Positions 38,201 through 50,045 of a DNA stretch of 64,000 nt are shown here, in pieces (within the stretch, counting starts at the first letter, position 1; every line of letters starts with the position of its first letter). The translations under genes and the position numbers were made by a program. This stretch comes from Macrostomum hystrix (Eukaryota; Animalia; Platyhelminthes): the NCBI GenBank assembly GCA_950097015.1, contig CATNEN010000001.1, forward strand, positions 15,624,001 to 15,688,000, written 5' to 3'. The notes under the pieces were generated by a model. It made no database searches, had not been told where the DNA came from, and was given only the letters and a program-made list of their open reading frames with translations.

Positions 38201-39124
38201 TGGCCGCTGCGACCCTGTAAGAGTTCGAAACCAGCGTCGATCTCGCGAGCTTATATCGCCGTTCACCAGTCAGCCGCCGACTTCGAGCCGCAGGGTGGTT
38301 CTCCAATGGCGCAGTGACTGTCCGGAGTTCCCATGACGTCAAACTCGCATCTTTGGCTTCCACAATAAACGTTGCTGGACAGGTAGGCTCGCAGCAGTAG
38401 ACATGAGCGTAATGAATCCCCGTCTTTCTGCGAAACTTTCCTACTTTTTTCGCGAGACAGCACGGTTCAACCGAAAGAGCAAAAAGGCGAACCACGTCGC
38501 TGAACCAATCTGGCTTTAAAACACCGTCACGGAGAAGTCCTGCGGGCTCGCTGAAGCTCTGGTGGAAGATAGGCAGAATTGTCGAGGAGGAAGAACTGAA
38601 AAGAGATGGTTTTAAAGGAAGACATTGTCAGTGCCAATGTCATCTGCCAATGACATCTGACTAAATAAAGGGCACGGACAGTTCGCAACAGGCATGCAGA
38701 AATAGTACGCGAAACAAAAAGGCTATCTTACATGCAGCGCGTCTCATCAGTTGAAGAGTCTGCGTTACATTCAGCTGTTTCGATGGGAACGTCCTCAGAA
38801 ATGTCCTTGTAATTACGTAGCAGAAATGTATAGACGTACTTTTTGTTTACATCAGAAGGAGGAACGTGAAAAAATCTGCACAGACGCGGCAAGCGATCGT
38901 CATCTGACCGATGATGGCTAGGAAGTGGAGAACTAATATACTCCTCAGGGTCAATACCGCACAGCTTGAAGAAATCAAGCAGACTTGAACGAGTCAGTTG
39001 CCGTTCTAGAATAAGGAGAGACGAATAAAAAACGAATGTACTATACTCGTATAGTATATCAACTACGCCTTTCACGCCCCAGATTCTGAGCCGTTGTAAA
39101 CTTACTTAAAGAATCATCCGCCAT
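35244..39124 (-). CDS. NOF-like MULE-type DDE transposase with C-terminal USP-like cysteine protease domain, ~1094 aa, 5 exons
   Basis: Exons 39124-39106, 39005-38732, 38595-36546, 36312-35582 and 35454-35244 sum to 3285 nt, all phases compatible (third intron GC-AG). Kozak CCACCATGG. Motifs MGMDSTA, IYYHALV, VVTDFNFATLHG, RSHLVK, TEGHTERWIGLMK; C-terminal NACTADNLL and GHYLSRI..KYDDL. Confidence 0.78.
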
Positions 39125-39267
39125 GGTGGACCAAAACTGAAAGGTCCTGAAATTGAAATTGAAAGGAGGCGAAACTATAAATAACAATAAATAAACGAAA
39201 CTGAAGACAAGAACTGGCATATATGATAACACTTCGCTATGCTTCATCATATTCGATAATCAATATA

Positions 39268-39882
39268 CTTCGATCGAAGTTGGATCGAGGTTGTATCGAG
39301 GTTGGATCGAGTTGTTAGAAGTTGGATTAAAGTTGGATCGAGGTTGGATTGAGGTTGGATCGAGTTGTTACAAGCTGGATCAAAGTTCGATCGAGGTTGC
39401 ATTGAGGTTGGATCGAGTTGTTACAAGCTGGATCAAAGTTGGATCAATGTTGGATTGAGGTTGGATCGAGTTGTTAGAAGTTGGATTAAAGTTGGATCGA
39501 GGTTGGATTGAGGTTGGATCGAGTTGTTACAAGCTGGATCAAAGTTGGATCAATGTTGGATTGAGGTTGGATCTAGTTGTTAGAAGTTGGATCAAAGTTG
39601 GATCGAGGTTGCATTGAGGTTGGATCGAGTTGTTAGAAGTTGGATTAAAGTTGGATCGAGGTTGGATTGAGGTTGGATCGAGTTGTTACAAGCTGGATCA
39701 AAGTTCGATCGAGGTTGCATTGAGGTTGGATCGAGTTGTTAGAAGTTGGATTGAGGTTGGATCGAGTTGTTAGAAGTTGGATTAAAGTTGGATCGAGGTT
39801 GCATTGAGGTTGGATCGAGTTGTTAGAAGTTGGATCGAAGTTGGATTGAGGTTGGATCGAGTTGTTACAAGCTGGATCGAAG
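39268..39882 (-). repeat. Tandem array inside right TIR (shorter than the left)
   Basis: Reverse complement of the 32308-33238 array, with fewer units. Confidence 0.95.
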
Positions 39883-41352
39883 TATCAAATCCAAAATATC
39901 ATTTGCAGTGCAACATTTTGATTCCTGCTAAATATATTTAGTAAGATTGCTACCAGTATACTTTTCTTCAAAGTTTACCCCCAAAAACCAATGTGACAAA
40001 AGAACACCTTGGTTAATTATAGACAAAATAAATCCTTTTACATTAATAGACTAGACTTTCAAGATTTACCTTTATGCCTATCATTATTAACATGGTGATG
40101 GATCTTTGTATATTCACAATTATGCATCCATTTATTAGCCTACTTTTCTTTAGCAAACAACTTTTGCTTTCTTTTGGGTAAGCAAACAACTTAGCAGAGG
40201 TTTTTTATAGTATAGTATCCTTTCTATAGGAAAAGGCCTATTATAAAATCAGCTTAGAGAAGGCCATAGAAAAAAGCTATATTTAGAAGGACCATTAACT
40301 TCGTGGAGCATGCATTATATTATAAATACTACATACATTGTAAAAATGCATCTTCACCCTCAACTAGGCAACTAAGGCATTGCAAGGCTTATAGCTAGTA
40401 TAGGATCTGTAATATTTCGACAAATTAGAACACCACCTTTACTAAATTATAGAGTACATATATATATATATATATACAAAATATACAAATATAAATATAA
40501 GTATATATACAAAAATATATACAAGCCCATAGGAGGAAGGCAATGTTCGAGATTCCTCCAAAAATATATATAAGCCCATAGGAGGAAGGCAATATTCGAG
40601 ATTCCTATTATTTTATTTGCTTTGCGCAGTTTAAAGTAGCTCGGGTGGTCAACGTCTTGAATTTTGAATTTATTCTTTTCTATCGAAGTAAACAAACACC
40701 AGTATAAAAAGGCTTTATGCTGCTAACCAAATGGTAAGGTATTTTATTATTCGCACTATTTATTTTATGTGCATTAGTCTTGCTCGCTATAATCGTACAA
40801 GAGCTTGATCATGCAACGAAAATATTTGTGCTATTATGCTCCGATTGTCTGCTCACAACAAAATTGCCAAAAAGGTGTGAAATGTTGTGGGTAAATGTAT
40901 TCTGAAGTATGGCACACATGGATACCTTCGTTTAGGTCAATATTTTCGAGTTGGCACAACTGTGCCACACTGAGTAAATTGCAGCAACCGATTTTTGTTT
41001 AAAAAATCTATATTTTTACCTTTCACACTGAACAAAAAAGCCTGAAAGCCAAACAGCTGCCACTTTTTTTACCTATTTGTTGTATTTTGGTCCCAAGTTC
41101 AAGAATTTATAATTGGCACACATCTCCTTTTCACTGTCACGTTACAAAATAACATCTACCGTTCCAGCAACCGTATTTTACATTCCCGGGTTTTTTAATC
41201 ACCCCCAGCGTCGAAGCCCAGCCTACAAGGTCACCGAAAAGCAATGGCACACGCTTAACTAAGGTCGCTTTACAGAAATTGTTAAGTTGTAGATGTGGCA
41301 CAGGCAATATTAAAAATTCGGTAGCTGGCGTGGTTGTTGCGGACCGGGAAGT

Positions 41353-41974
41353 CCTTCGGGGAGCAGAAATAATTAATATTCGTCGAATATATACCCTTTA
41401 GCAGGAGTACTTTAAGTGTCTTTCTTAAGCTTAAGCTTAAAATAGGAATTTTTGGAGATCGTTAATAACGCATTTTAGGTAAAACAAAACTATCAACTTT
41501 TTACAGTTTTTTAGTTTGGAGCCCTGTATATGTCAACGTGTTTGATAAAAATTATTTTTTTTATTTAGTTTATAAAACTGTTGAGATCACTTTTTTAGTT
41601 GTTACTGAAAATAAATTAAATAATATTCCAAGAAATTGCGACTTTCCGAGAAATGACTTGCTTTATTCCGATTTTCTTGTTGCTTGTATTGCTCATGTGT
41701 ACTACAGTTTTATACACATCCCGAGAAATTTTTTACTTTCTTCATTTGTAAGTGAATTTCTTAGCCCTGCTCATCGTACTAACTGCGACTGCAATGTTCC
41801 GAACAATAAGTAGCTCAGCATTGCAACTATTGCCCTTGAATGAGGCCCCTCTTATTATAATAAATGACTTAAAGAGTCAGTTCAATGCAGCTATCTCATT
41901 GTGAATGGACTTTGCAAAAGCAACTGGAGCTACATCCTTCGACCTTTGGTTTGACACTTTTAATAAAGCTAACA
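41353..41974 (-). mobile_element. Second copy of the Helitron-like 3' region (continues from 30813-30836)
   Basis: Nearly identical to 15806-16430; ORFs 15994 and 41538 differ at 2 aa. Confidence 0.85.
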
Positions 41975-42500
41975 TCTATATATATAAAAGTGAAAACTGT
42001 GTGTGTGTGTGTGCAACCTTTTGTCTTTATAGACGCCGAAACCGCTCAACCAAATCGCACCAAACTTTGCACATACCTAAAACCACCTACGCTGAGTGCA
42101 ATAGGCTACTCAAATTCCCTAAAAATCATTTCCTTCCTGCTCAAAAGTGCAAAAAACTGCTCAAAAATCGTCAAAAAATCACTCAATTCGACACATCGTC
42201 GCCCCACTTTGTCAGATTTTCTCCAAATTTGATCCACTTACACTTTACATGTTTTCCAACAATGCTGTCAATTTTGAACATCTCTACTCAATCCAGAGCA
42301 AAGCTGCATCATCTCAAAGTGAGTCACTTTTTGTTTTCCGAGGACAGCCACCCCAACTCCCCTCCGCCACTCTGCGGGCCAAATTTTATTACAGCCACCC
42401 CCTCCCTTCCCCGGGCGCAGAAGCCCCAGACTGTACATTGTATTTCAAGCCGTGAATGTACACAGCCCAAACCCCTAGACTGTCTACTGGCCCCCAAGCA
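41975..42500 (+). mobile_element. Non-autonomous Helitron-like 5' portion
   Basis: A|TCTATATATATAAAAGTGAAAACT(GT)n begins exactly at the A^T of the AACA^TTGGC seen at 16427-16435. The same head occurs at 56792. 3' end not found. Confidence 0.6.
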
Positions 42501-42772
42501 GCACTGAGACTGAGTGCGGTGAGTGCGGTGGCGTCCCAGTGCGCAGGGCTCTCCGGTCGATATTTCTCTCCAGCCACAGTCTATGGCCGCGGGCTAGCCG
42601 GCCCCAGCTCATGCGTTTATTATGCGCCTAGCCAGGGTGCCCTCGTGGTGAGGTGAGCTGGGCTAGCCGATCGCAGCTCATGGGCCCAGGGTGCGCTCCT
42701 GGTGTGGGCCTCGGATATGGGATAGGAAGGTGACGGGGGGGGGGGAAGGAGGAGGGGGAGAGGTTGCCCATG

Positions 42773-43030
42773 AGGGCGGATAGCTCAGTCAGTAAGGTGT
42801 CGGACTCTGGATCAGATGGTCCTGGGTTCGACTCCCGACCTAGTCTAGAACTATTCGTGCAGCCCTTGGCAAGCTGCTTTGCCCTGATGTGCACACAGTC
42901 TACTCAGCTGCAGATGAGTACCGACATTTCGTCGGGTAATAATAATTCCGGCTGGCGTGGAATAAAGCAGTTCTGTGCGGCAATTCTGTGGGGTTCGGAT
43001 GCTGCCGATATGTTTGGAAAAATAAATTCT
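42773..43030 (+). mobile_element. tRNA-derived SINE (family B)
   Basis: GGGCGGATAGCTCAGTCAGTAAG (A box)...GGTTCGACTCC (B box), then a CORE-like CCCTTGGCAAG..CAGTCTACTCAGCTG..ATGAGTACC. Confidence 0.7.
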
Positions 43031-43050
43031 TTAAGAGTTTTCTTAATTTA

Positions 43051-43665
43051 AGAGTTTTTCAAAACATATAGGCTATCCTACTGTATGTGATTCCTTTGGT
43101 GCTTCGAGTGTACTGTATAGTGCTGATATTTATGTAAATCAGCGTAAAACCGCTTTTTTTCTTACTCAGCCGGATTAAGAAATGAGTAGGCTTATGTGAT
43201 GTTCTTGTTGTTCTGCAAAACATATAATCATTAATTTAAATAAAAAATGAGTCGAACCAACGACCTGCAGTTGTCAGGCTGACGTGCTACCAGTTTCACC
43301 ACTTGACATTGCCCATATACAACGAAGAATTACTATTTATTAGTATATTCTTTCGTTCGAATACGTTTTCAGAGTTTTTCAAAACATATAGGCTATCCTA
43401 CTGTATGTGATTCCTTTGGTGCTTCGAGTGTACTGTATAGTGCTGATATTTATGTAAATCAGCGTAAAACCGCTTTTTTTCTTACTCAGCCGGATTAAGA
43501 AATGAGTAGGCTTATATGATGTTCTTGTTGTTCTGCAAAACATATAATCATTAATTTAAATAAAAAATGAGTCGAACCAACGACCCGCAGTTGTCAGGCT
43601 GACGTGCTACCAGTTTCACCACATGACATTGCCCATATACAACGAAGAATTACTATTTATTAGTA
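43051..43665. repeat. 320-bp tandem duplication containing a minus-strand tRNA-like fragment
   Basis: AGAGTTTTTCAAAACATATAGG at 43051 and 43371. The minus strand has TGGTGAAACTGGTAGCACG..GGTTCGACTC in each copy. Confidence 0.9.
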
Positions 43666-45384
43666 ATTTGGCTTACTAATTAGTAATTTATTACTTTTTT
43701 GGCTGCAGGCTGCAGCTTGTGCTTACTTATTTTAAGCAATGGCCATCGTTGCGATCAAATTCGCAACGCAATATTAGCAACGCAAGCCAATATATCGCGA
43801 GCTAGCGAATCGCTCCATTATCTAACGACGGGTCCAGCAGGTCCCCAAATTTTATCTGCAAAGCTTCAAAAACCAAAAGGGTGAACGTCAATATTACAAA
43901 TACTCAGCAAAAGTCAAAATTATTAGCACCCGTAACGAAAGTCATCGATTTATCGTTGCACCAAACATTCTACTTATTTTTGTCATTGCATGTAATCCAT
44001 AAAGTTTTAAATAAAGACCAGCAAGGCAAAAGTCATTATTTTTAAAGCATAAAAGTAACTTAAAAGAAAGGTTGAAGCGAAAATAGTTCGCTAGAAGATT
44101 TTTTTTAAACACATACTACATAAAAACGGCAAAACAGCGTTTAAATTTTGTAGGGTACGAAGTGCAATGCCTCACACCAGTATCTAAATGTTTTACTTTG
44201 TTTAGAGTTACATAAAGTTTCCGGAACATTTAACCTTTTCGACAGAAATCAACATGATAAATAATCGACCAATTTATAAATCTAATTGATGCAAAGTCAT
44301 TGCATTCTGTCGCAAAAGCAGTATAATCGCACGAGTTCAACCTACTGAAACATCGATTTAGTTAATTCATCTACAAATATTATATATTTTTAATAAAAGT
44401 GTCTGAGCTTTCGTGTTTTGCTACAAAGTAGGGAAACCGTAAGACTTTCTGGTATATTAGGTCTTAATTTAATAATTCTCGAAAAACCAAGGTATTCCAA
44501 ATAATTAGCTACGAAACACATTATTTTCCTTTCTTGAAGATCGGCTCGATATTACCCGCAACTTACGTATGTAAACCGTAACGTACTCGTAGCGTTCAAG
44601 TTTAAAAAAACAAAATCGTAATAAAGGTATAGGCTACTTAATACTGCTTTGAAAAAACAAATAATTATGTTCTTAAACATATACATAAAGAAGGCTCTGC
44701 AGATTTTTTGGCGCGGTTTAAATAATTTCAGATGCATGTTCGTCGGAGTTGTCCGCCATGTTTTTAGCTTTTTCAAATTTTAATTTTGAACTGAATTTTA
44801 ATTAATTTTGTAATTTAATTTTCTCTTTGAGTTCAACTGAAAGTGAAAGGCAGGTAAATCGGGACAAAAAAGTACAAGATTGTACCAATTGCAATCATTC
44901 CACATCACTGTTACTTTTTCTAGATTATTGCCACTTTGGTAGCTAATTTCGTTCTTCGTAAATCGTAATTAAGGTTAAAAAGAAAAATATTTGTATTGTT
45001 TACTTCACTCTTCACTTAGTTTTGGACAAATCAGAGTCATTTGCACAAGGTAATTAAAAACTCGATAAATGTCTAAACAATGTCAGTTGGAAAATAACAT
45101 ATGTCGCTATATGGCAAAATTACATGGTTAATATGATGTAATATAACACTCTAGATAGCTAGTATTGAATAGGAAATATTATCTGACTATCTTTGGCAGG
45201 TTAGAAACTAGTTAACTCGGCAGTAAACCAGTACCATAGCTAGTGCCTATAAGCATTTACTCATATTTAGTTTACATTGAAGATAGGTTAATCCAAAATT
45301 TTGTTAGAGGTTGTGCAAAGAGGCTGTCTACAATATTAAATACTGTAGAGCAATGATTATAAATTACTTTCTCATTTCCAGACA

Positions 45385-47832
45385 ATGTATCGCGGCATCG
45401 AACTGAAGCGTGTTGTCAAAGCTACACTGCAAACTGGCTGTCGTGGGCGACCCAGAAAGATTAAGACAATCATTAGCGGCCGAAATCGAGGCTCAACATC
45501 TCGGCGTCCTGTGTCTGAAGCTACTCCTGTTCCAGTGGAAGCTAGCACCGAGAATGATGTCGGTATGCCTGAGTCTTTTGCTCCTACAGTAGAAGATGTT
45601 GAATGGGTAGATTTTGACAGCTTTGCTGAGAAATACAGAGGTAGTTACGAGAAGCATTTTCTCTTAAATCTGTGTTCCTCTTGCTATGAGCACGAAGGTG
45701 TATATCGATGTGTTACTTGTCGACTTAGCTTATGTGCCAGCTGTAAGAATGAGACGCATAAAAAGTTTTCAGCCCACAAGTTTCTCATATGGAATAAGGA
45801 GAGTCTAATGTTTCAGGAACTGGATGCTACTCACGATGCTTTTGAAATGTTTTGCTGCGCTTCTAGTAAATTGAATCTGAATGTCTGTGCGGCTACAAAA
45901 GTTGACCTTATAGATCTGGCTGGAAGCGTAAAGGTCATTTTTATTACCTGCGACTCCTGTGATCTTATTGGTGCACTCCTTTCTCAAGGGTTCTTCCCTT
46001 GTTGCGAAGGGTCAAAGCCTGATTCAGATGGGTATGCATTCTTTTCTTTTACCTTTTTGTCCCTGCTAGACAGTTTGTGTATGACTGGGCAGTTGCCTGT
46101 TCACAGAGCGGTCAGTACACTGCTCATTGGGCCAACTCTGGGACAAGGTACATATAATTTGGCTCTTGTAAAAAGCACTTATCAACGCATTCAACGACAT
46201 GATGTTTTGCTGCGGTTTCGCCACCTGCAAATGGCCTCAGCAAAATGGCCAAATAATTGTCTTCTCTGTCCAGATAATCACGCTGTGCGCAAAACTGTTG
46301 TCTGTGCAGATGCTCTATTTGGTTGGCAGCGCTTTAAAGCCAGGGGGCGTACACAACTGGAAATACCATCAGATGGTCGTCCATTACCTACGCCGCTTGT
46401 CTATGTAGATATTAAAGCGGATGTGCCAAAAAATCGAGCAGAGGAACAGAATTGTCCTAATTGGAAGGCCGGTGCTCATGAACCATTAAGCCGTGAGCAG
46501 AGACATGATGTCACGGGTTTCTTTGGATTATTCTGTCGTCACAATCGCCTTTTGTGTGGCTCAAATATCACAACTGGTGGAGAAAAGTTTTGCTACCTGG
46601 AACAGTGCCTTGAACACTTTCTGCGAAACGTCAAAGTGTCTAAGGAATTACTTGTCGTATATGACGTGGGTAAGTTTATTATTAATTTATAAAATGCATA
46701 CAATCTATGAAATACTGTTGCTTGTGTACAGTTATATGACAACATGACTTACTCTTTATCCCAATTCACAGGCTGTCGCGTATCCAGCCGGGTTACGTCC
46801 GCTATTGCGAAGTCTGGTGCCAACATTCAAGCGAGTAGCTGTGCAATAAACGCTTTTCATGCTCTTGGTCACCTGCCCAGTTGTCAAAAAAAGTTTTCTG
46901 TTCGCGTTACTCCAGGCGCAGGTCTATGCGATGGAGAGAATACTGAGCGAGCCTGGTCTCAACTCAGGCCGTTCGGTAAGTTTTTAAAGTACATGCGAAA
47001 AGACCGACGAGCACAATACATGGCGCATATTCTATACTTCTTTAATGCACAACAGCTTCTTAGCGCTTCTGGGTGGTTTACACAACGTATTAAGCTTATG
47101 GTAGGTGCGGGAAAAAGCATTCTAAGTGAACTAAAAGAGCTACAAAGCCAGTCTGCGATTTTGCAGCACTCGGGGGTCCTAAATGACAGTCTGGTCATCT
47201 CTGAGGATGAAATTTTGGATTTAGGCTCCCAATGGTATGAAGATTCCCTCCGAGTAGCTGTACACAACTCGGAAGATGATATCCTATGTGAGCTACGCGC
47301 TCTTGCAGTGCACAGAGATCATTGGAGTAAACATGTTGGTAAGTCAGTTGGCCAAAGTCAAACCAGAATGTGCTTGCGAAAGGTTAAAAGTTATGCATAT
47401 GACATGAAAAAACTCTACGCTCGTCTTCCAATTGAAGACAGAGCTTCTTTCGATGAATATAAAAAACCGCGTAGTGCGAAATATGAACATTTGTCTGGAA
47501 CCGACCTTTCCATCCGATTTCGTCAGCGGGCTATAGACGTCAGTAACAAATATAAACGCCTAAAAGAAGAAGCGCATATTATTTCAGATGAGTGGGTTGA
47601 CCTTCAGGTTAATTTGCAGAGCCTCTGTGATGACTTAGCGAATCAGCCGGGCTTAGCCGCTCAATTTCGGGAATTGTTTAGAAGACTGCTTGAAGATGTT
47701 GCAAGTAAAAGCGTGACTGATGCTGTAAAATATCTTCTTGCGAATAAGTTCTCCCTCAGCACACTGAGTCAGAGCGCTAATGAAGCGGTTGCTTCAGAAG
47801 ATTCGGAGTCTTCTGATAGCGACTCCGATTAA
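45385..47832 (+). CDS. KDZ (Kyakuja-Dileera-Zisupton) transposase with CxC/B-box-like Zn domains, ~781 aa, one intron
   Basis: Removing intron 46670-46771 (GTAAGT..TCACAG) creates YDVGC. Motifs CADALF, GLFCRH, GEKFCY, AFHALGHLPSCQ, GAGLCDGENTERAWSQL; N-terminal AT-hook GRPRK and CSSC..YRCVTC..LCASC..H..H..W. Confidence 0.87.
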
Positions 47833-47929
47833 GTATCCAACCAGTGTACTGATGATTCCACCGTTACTTGTGTTTTTAATTGAAGTCAAGCGCTGCCTTG
47901 TAATGTCACTCTGCACCTACTTTTGTGTG

Positions 47930-48185
47930 GGTGCTGTGAAGCGTTAAGTTTAAGATCGCTAAAATTAATACCAGTAAGCCCAAAATTTGGACACATTTCT
48001 TTCAACTAGCAAATTTTTTGCAGGTCACTTTGCACATGCAATACAATGTGCTGTGAAGCGTTAAGTTTAAGAGCGCTAAAATGAATACCAGTAAGCCCAA
48101 AGTTTGGACACATAGTTCTTTCAACTAGCAAAATTATACAGGTCACTTTGCACATGCAATTCAATGTGCTGTGAAGCGCTACATT
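47930..48185. repeat. ~118-bp tandem duplication
   Basis: GTGCTGTGAAGCG at ~47931, ~48048 and ~48166. Confidence 0.8.
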
Positions 48186-48735
48186 TTAAAGCGCTATGAG
48201 CCCATGTGTCAGCCTTCTCGCGGCGGACTCGTTGAGCGCGAATAAAGTCTGCTAATTACCGTGCGCTGCCAATCTTACCGTGCATGTTTGCACTATCCAG
48301 CGGACTGGCAGTGTACTTACGTTAGCTGTTTTTATTCGTGGGACTAATGACACTATTAAATTCGTTCATTTATCAGCTTTTCCGTTCAATTCCGTTTTAT
48401 TATTATTATATAGCTCACAGTTTCATTGTCTGTCAAATAAATGGAGGGGCTCCTAAACAGTGTTTCGCGTTTTCGTTTTTAATTGCTTGTTTTTTAGATG
48501 CGCTTTCTTTCTGCTCATTAGTTGGCTGTGCAGGGAACAACTAGGACAAATGGAGATAGATGTGCATTTGAGAATAGACTGCCTGCTTTATACAATTATA
48601 TGCATGGCAGATCAATGTCCTTATTAGCGTTTATATATTAGCGTTCACGCCTTCATTTAGGGTCTAGCTTTAATTGTCAACGTTTCAAACTTCAATCTCG
48701 ATTAAATTTCAGGCCAGCATCACTTCCATTGAAAG

Positions 48736-49194
48736 TTGATGACACCTCCCAACATTCACGCCGCGATTACGTGTCTTCAGTGCCACTGGAGTAGCAGGGC
48801 ATCAGGTTTTAAACAGCATTGCCGCGGAGCTCATCCGGACCTATCTGAAAGGCGAATCGACGCCAACTTTCGCTACTGTCGCCTACAACATAAGCTGGAG
48901 TTGTCTCCTATTTTTTATCTCTGTCCATATTGCTCTACTATCACTTCGGGATTCGATATGCACATGCTCATTCACAATCGCGGGAGAAGAGGAGGCGATA
49001 GAATCATCATCACGACTGAGGACTTCAAAGCTGCTAACCTTGCTGCATTAAGTTTCATTGACGAGCTACGCAACATCGCTGTTGGTGGTAAAACTAAACC
49101 TACTAAAAGTCCTAAACCTAAACTCCTGCCAACGAAATATCGCCGGCTCTTCCAGCAGCTGGTCAACCTACGAGTGCTCATTCAGTTGATTTAA
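48736..49194 (+). CDS. Hypothetical Zn-finger protein exon (two C2H2-like motifs)
   Basis: CLQC..FKQHCRGAH and CPYC..FDMHMLIH; TTTCAG acceptor just upstream (~48712). Confidence 0.4.
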   Translation: MMTPPNIHAAITCLQCHWSSRASGFKQHCRGAHPDLSERRIDANFRYCRLQHKLELSPIFYLCPYCSTITSGFDMHMLIHNRGRRGGDRIIITTEDFKAANLAALSFIDELRNIAVGGKTKPTKSPKPKLLPTKYRRLFQQLVNLRVLIQLI

Positions 49195-49265
49195 ATCCAC
49201 AGGTGCCTGGGGCCCAAGACTACAGTTGTAATCAACGCTCCGCTGCAGCTTTAAGCTACAATTCT

Positions 49266-49358
49266 GATGTCAACATGATGACGTGCGCGATGTCAACATG
49301 ATGACGTGCGCGATGTCAACATGATGACGTGCGCGATGTCAACATGATGACGTGCGCG
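49266..49358. repeat. 23-bp x4 perfect tandem repeat
   Basis: GATGTCAACATGATGACGTGCGC. Confidence 0.95.
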
Positions 49359-49766
49359 AGCATTCAACACAATGGAAATGACGATCCATACAATTTTTTA
49401 GGCGGTGTTTCTGGTCTTTCAACCATTGTGACCAATCTTTGAAGAAGCATCTTGCTAACGCTATTTTAGCTTTTATAAATATTTGCACAATTAAAGGTAC
49501 GTGGCTACGCACTTCTACGCCTTTAGCCTTGTCTAATGTCATTTTTCAATTCCCTCCAGTCGTCCAAGGCGTTTTGTTGTTATGCGAACTCGGCCAATCT
49601 GACTTCATAATTGCTTCATATGCGTTCATATGCATACAAGTGTCAATGCTCATATGCGTGTGTACACCTTTCGTGTCTGCTTGCCTGCAATCCTACTTGT
49701 ACATGTATTTGACTTACCTATAGTCATTACGCTTAGCTAGAGTAATTTAGCCCAGGTGTGGCAACA

Positions 49767-50045
49767 ATGGTCAGAGGAGAGCTAGAGTCAAACTGTTCAG
49801 AATATGTTCCGATGACTAAATTATTCAGTTTTCCCTGGTAGTCATGCAATTTCTTGGATGGTCAGAGGAGAGCTAGAGTCAAACTGTTCAGAATATGTTC
49901 CGATGACTAAATTATTCAGTTTTCCCTGGTAGTCATGCAATTTCTTGGATGGTCAGAGGAGAGCTAGAGTCAAACTGTTCAGAATATGTTCCGATGACTA
50001 AATTATTCAGTTTTCCCTGGTAGTCATGCAATTTCTTCAATGGTC
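49767..50045. repeat. 91-bp x3 tandem repeat
   Basis: ATGGTCAGAGGAGAGCTAGAGTC... at 49767, 49858 and 49949. Confidence 0.95.

Larger units (their letters stand above)
30837..41352. mobile_element. Foldback/NOF-like Mutator-superfamily transposon, 10.5 kb, apparently intact
   Basis: Near-identical TIRs starting ACTTCCCGGTCCGC (30837-~33320 and ~39189-41352). TSD CCTTCGGGG at 30828-30836 and 41353-41361. The empty site is visible at 15806-15814. Confidence 0.92.

Noticed and set aside
42500-42720. Second ribozyme, or Helitron 3' end, in a GC-rich self-complementary stretch
   Set aside because: Could not fit a complete HDV or hammerhead topology, nor a hairpin-CTAG|T.
42773-42845. Functional tRNA gene
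   Set aside because: The acceptor stem does not close, and the sequence continues into a SINE body.
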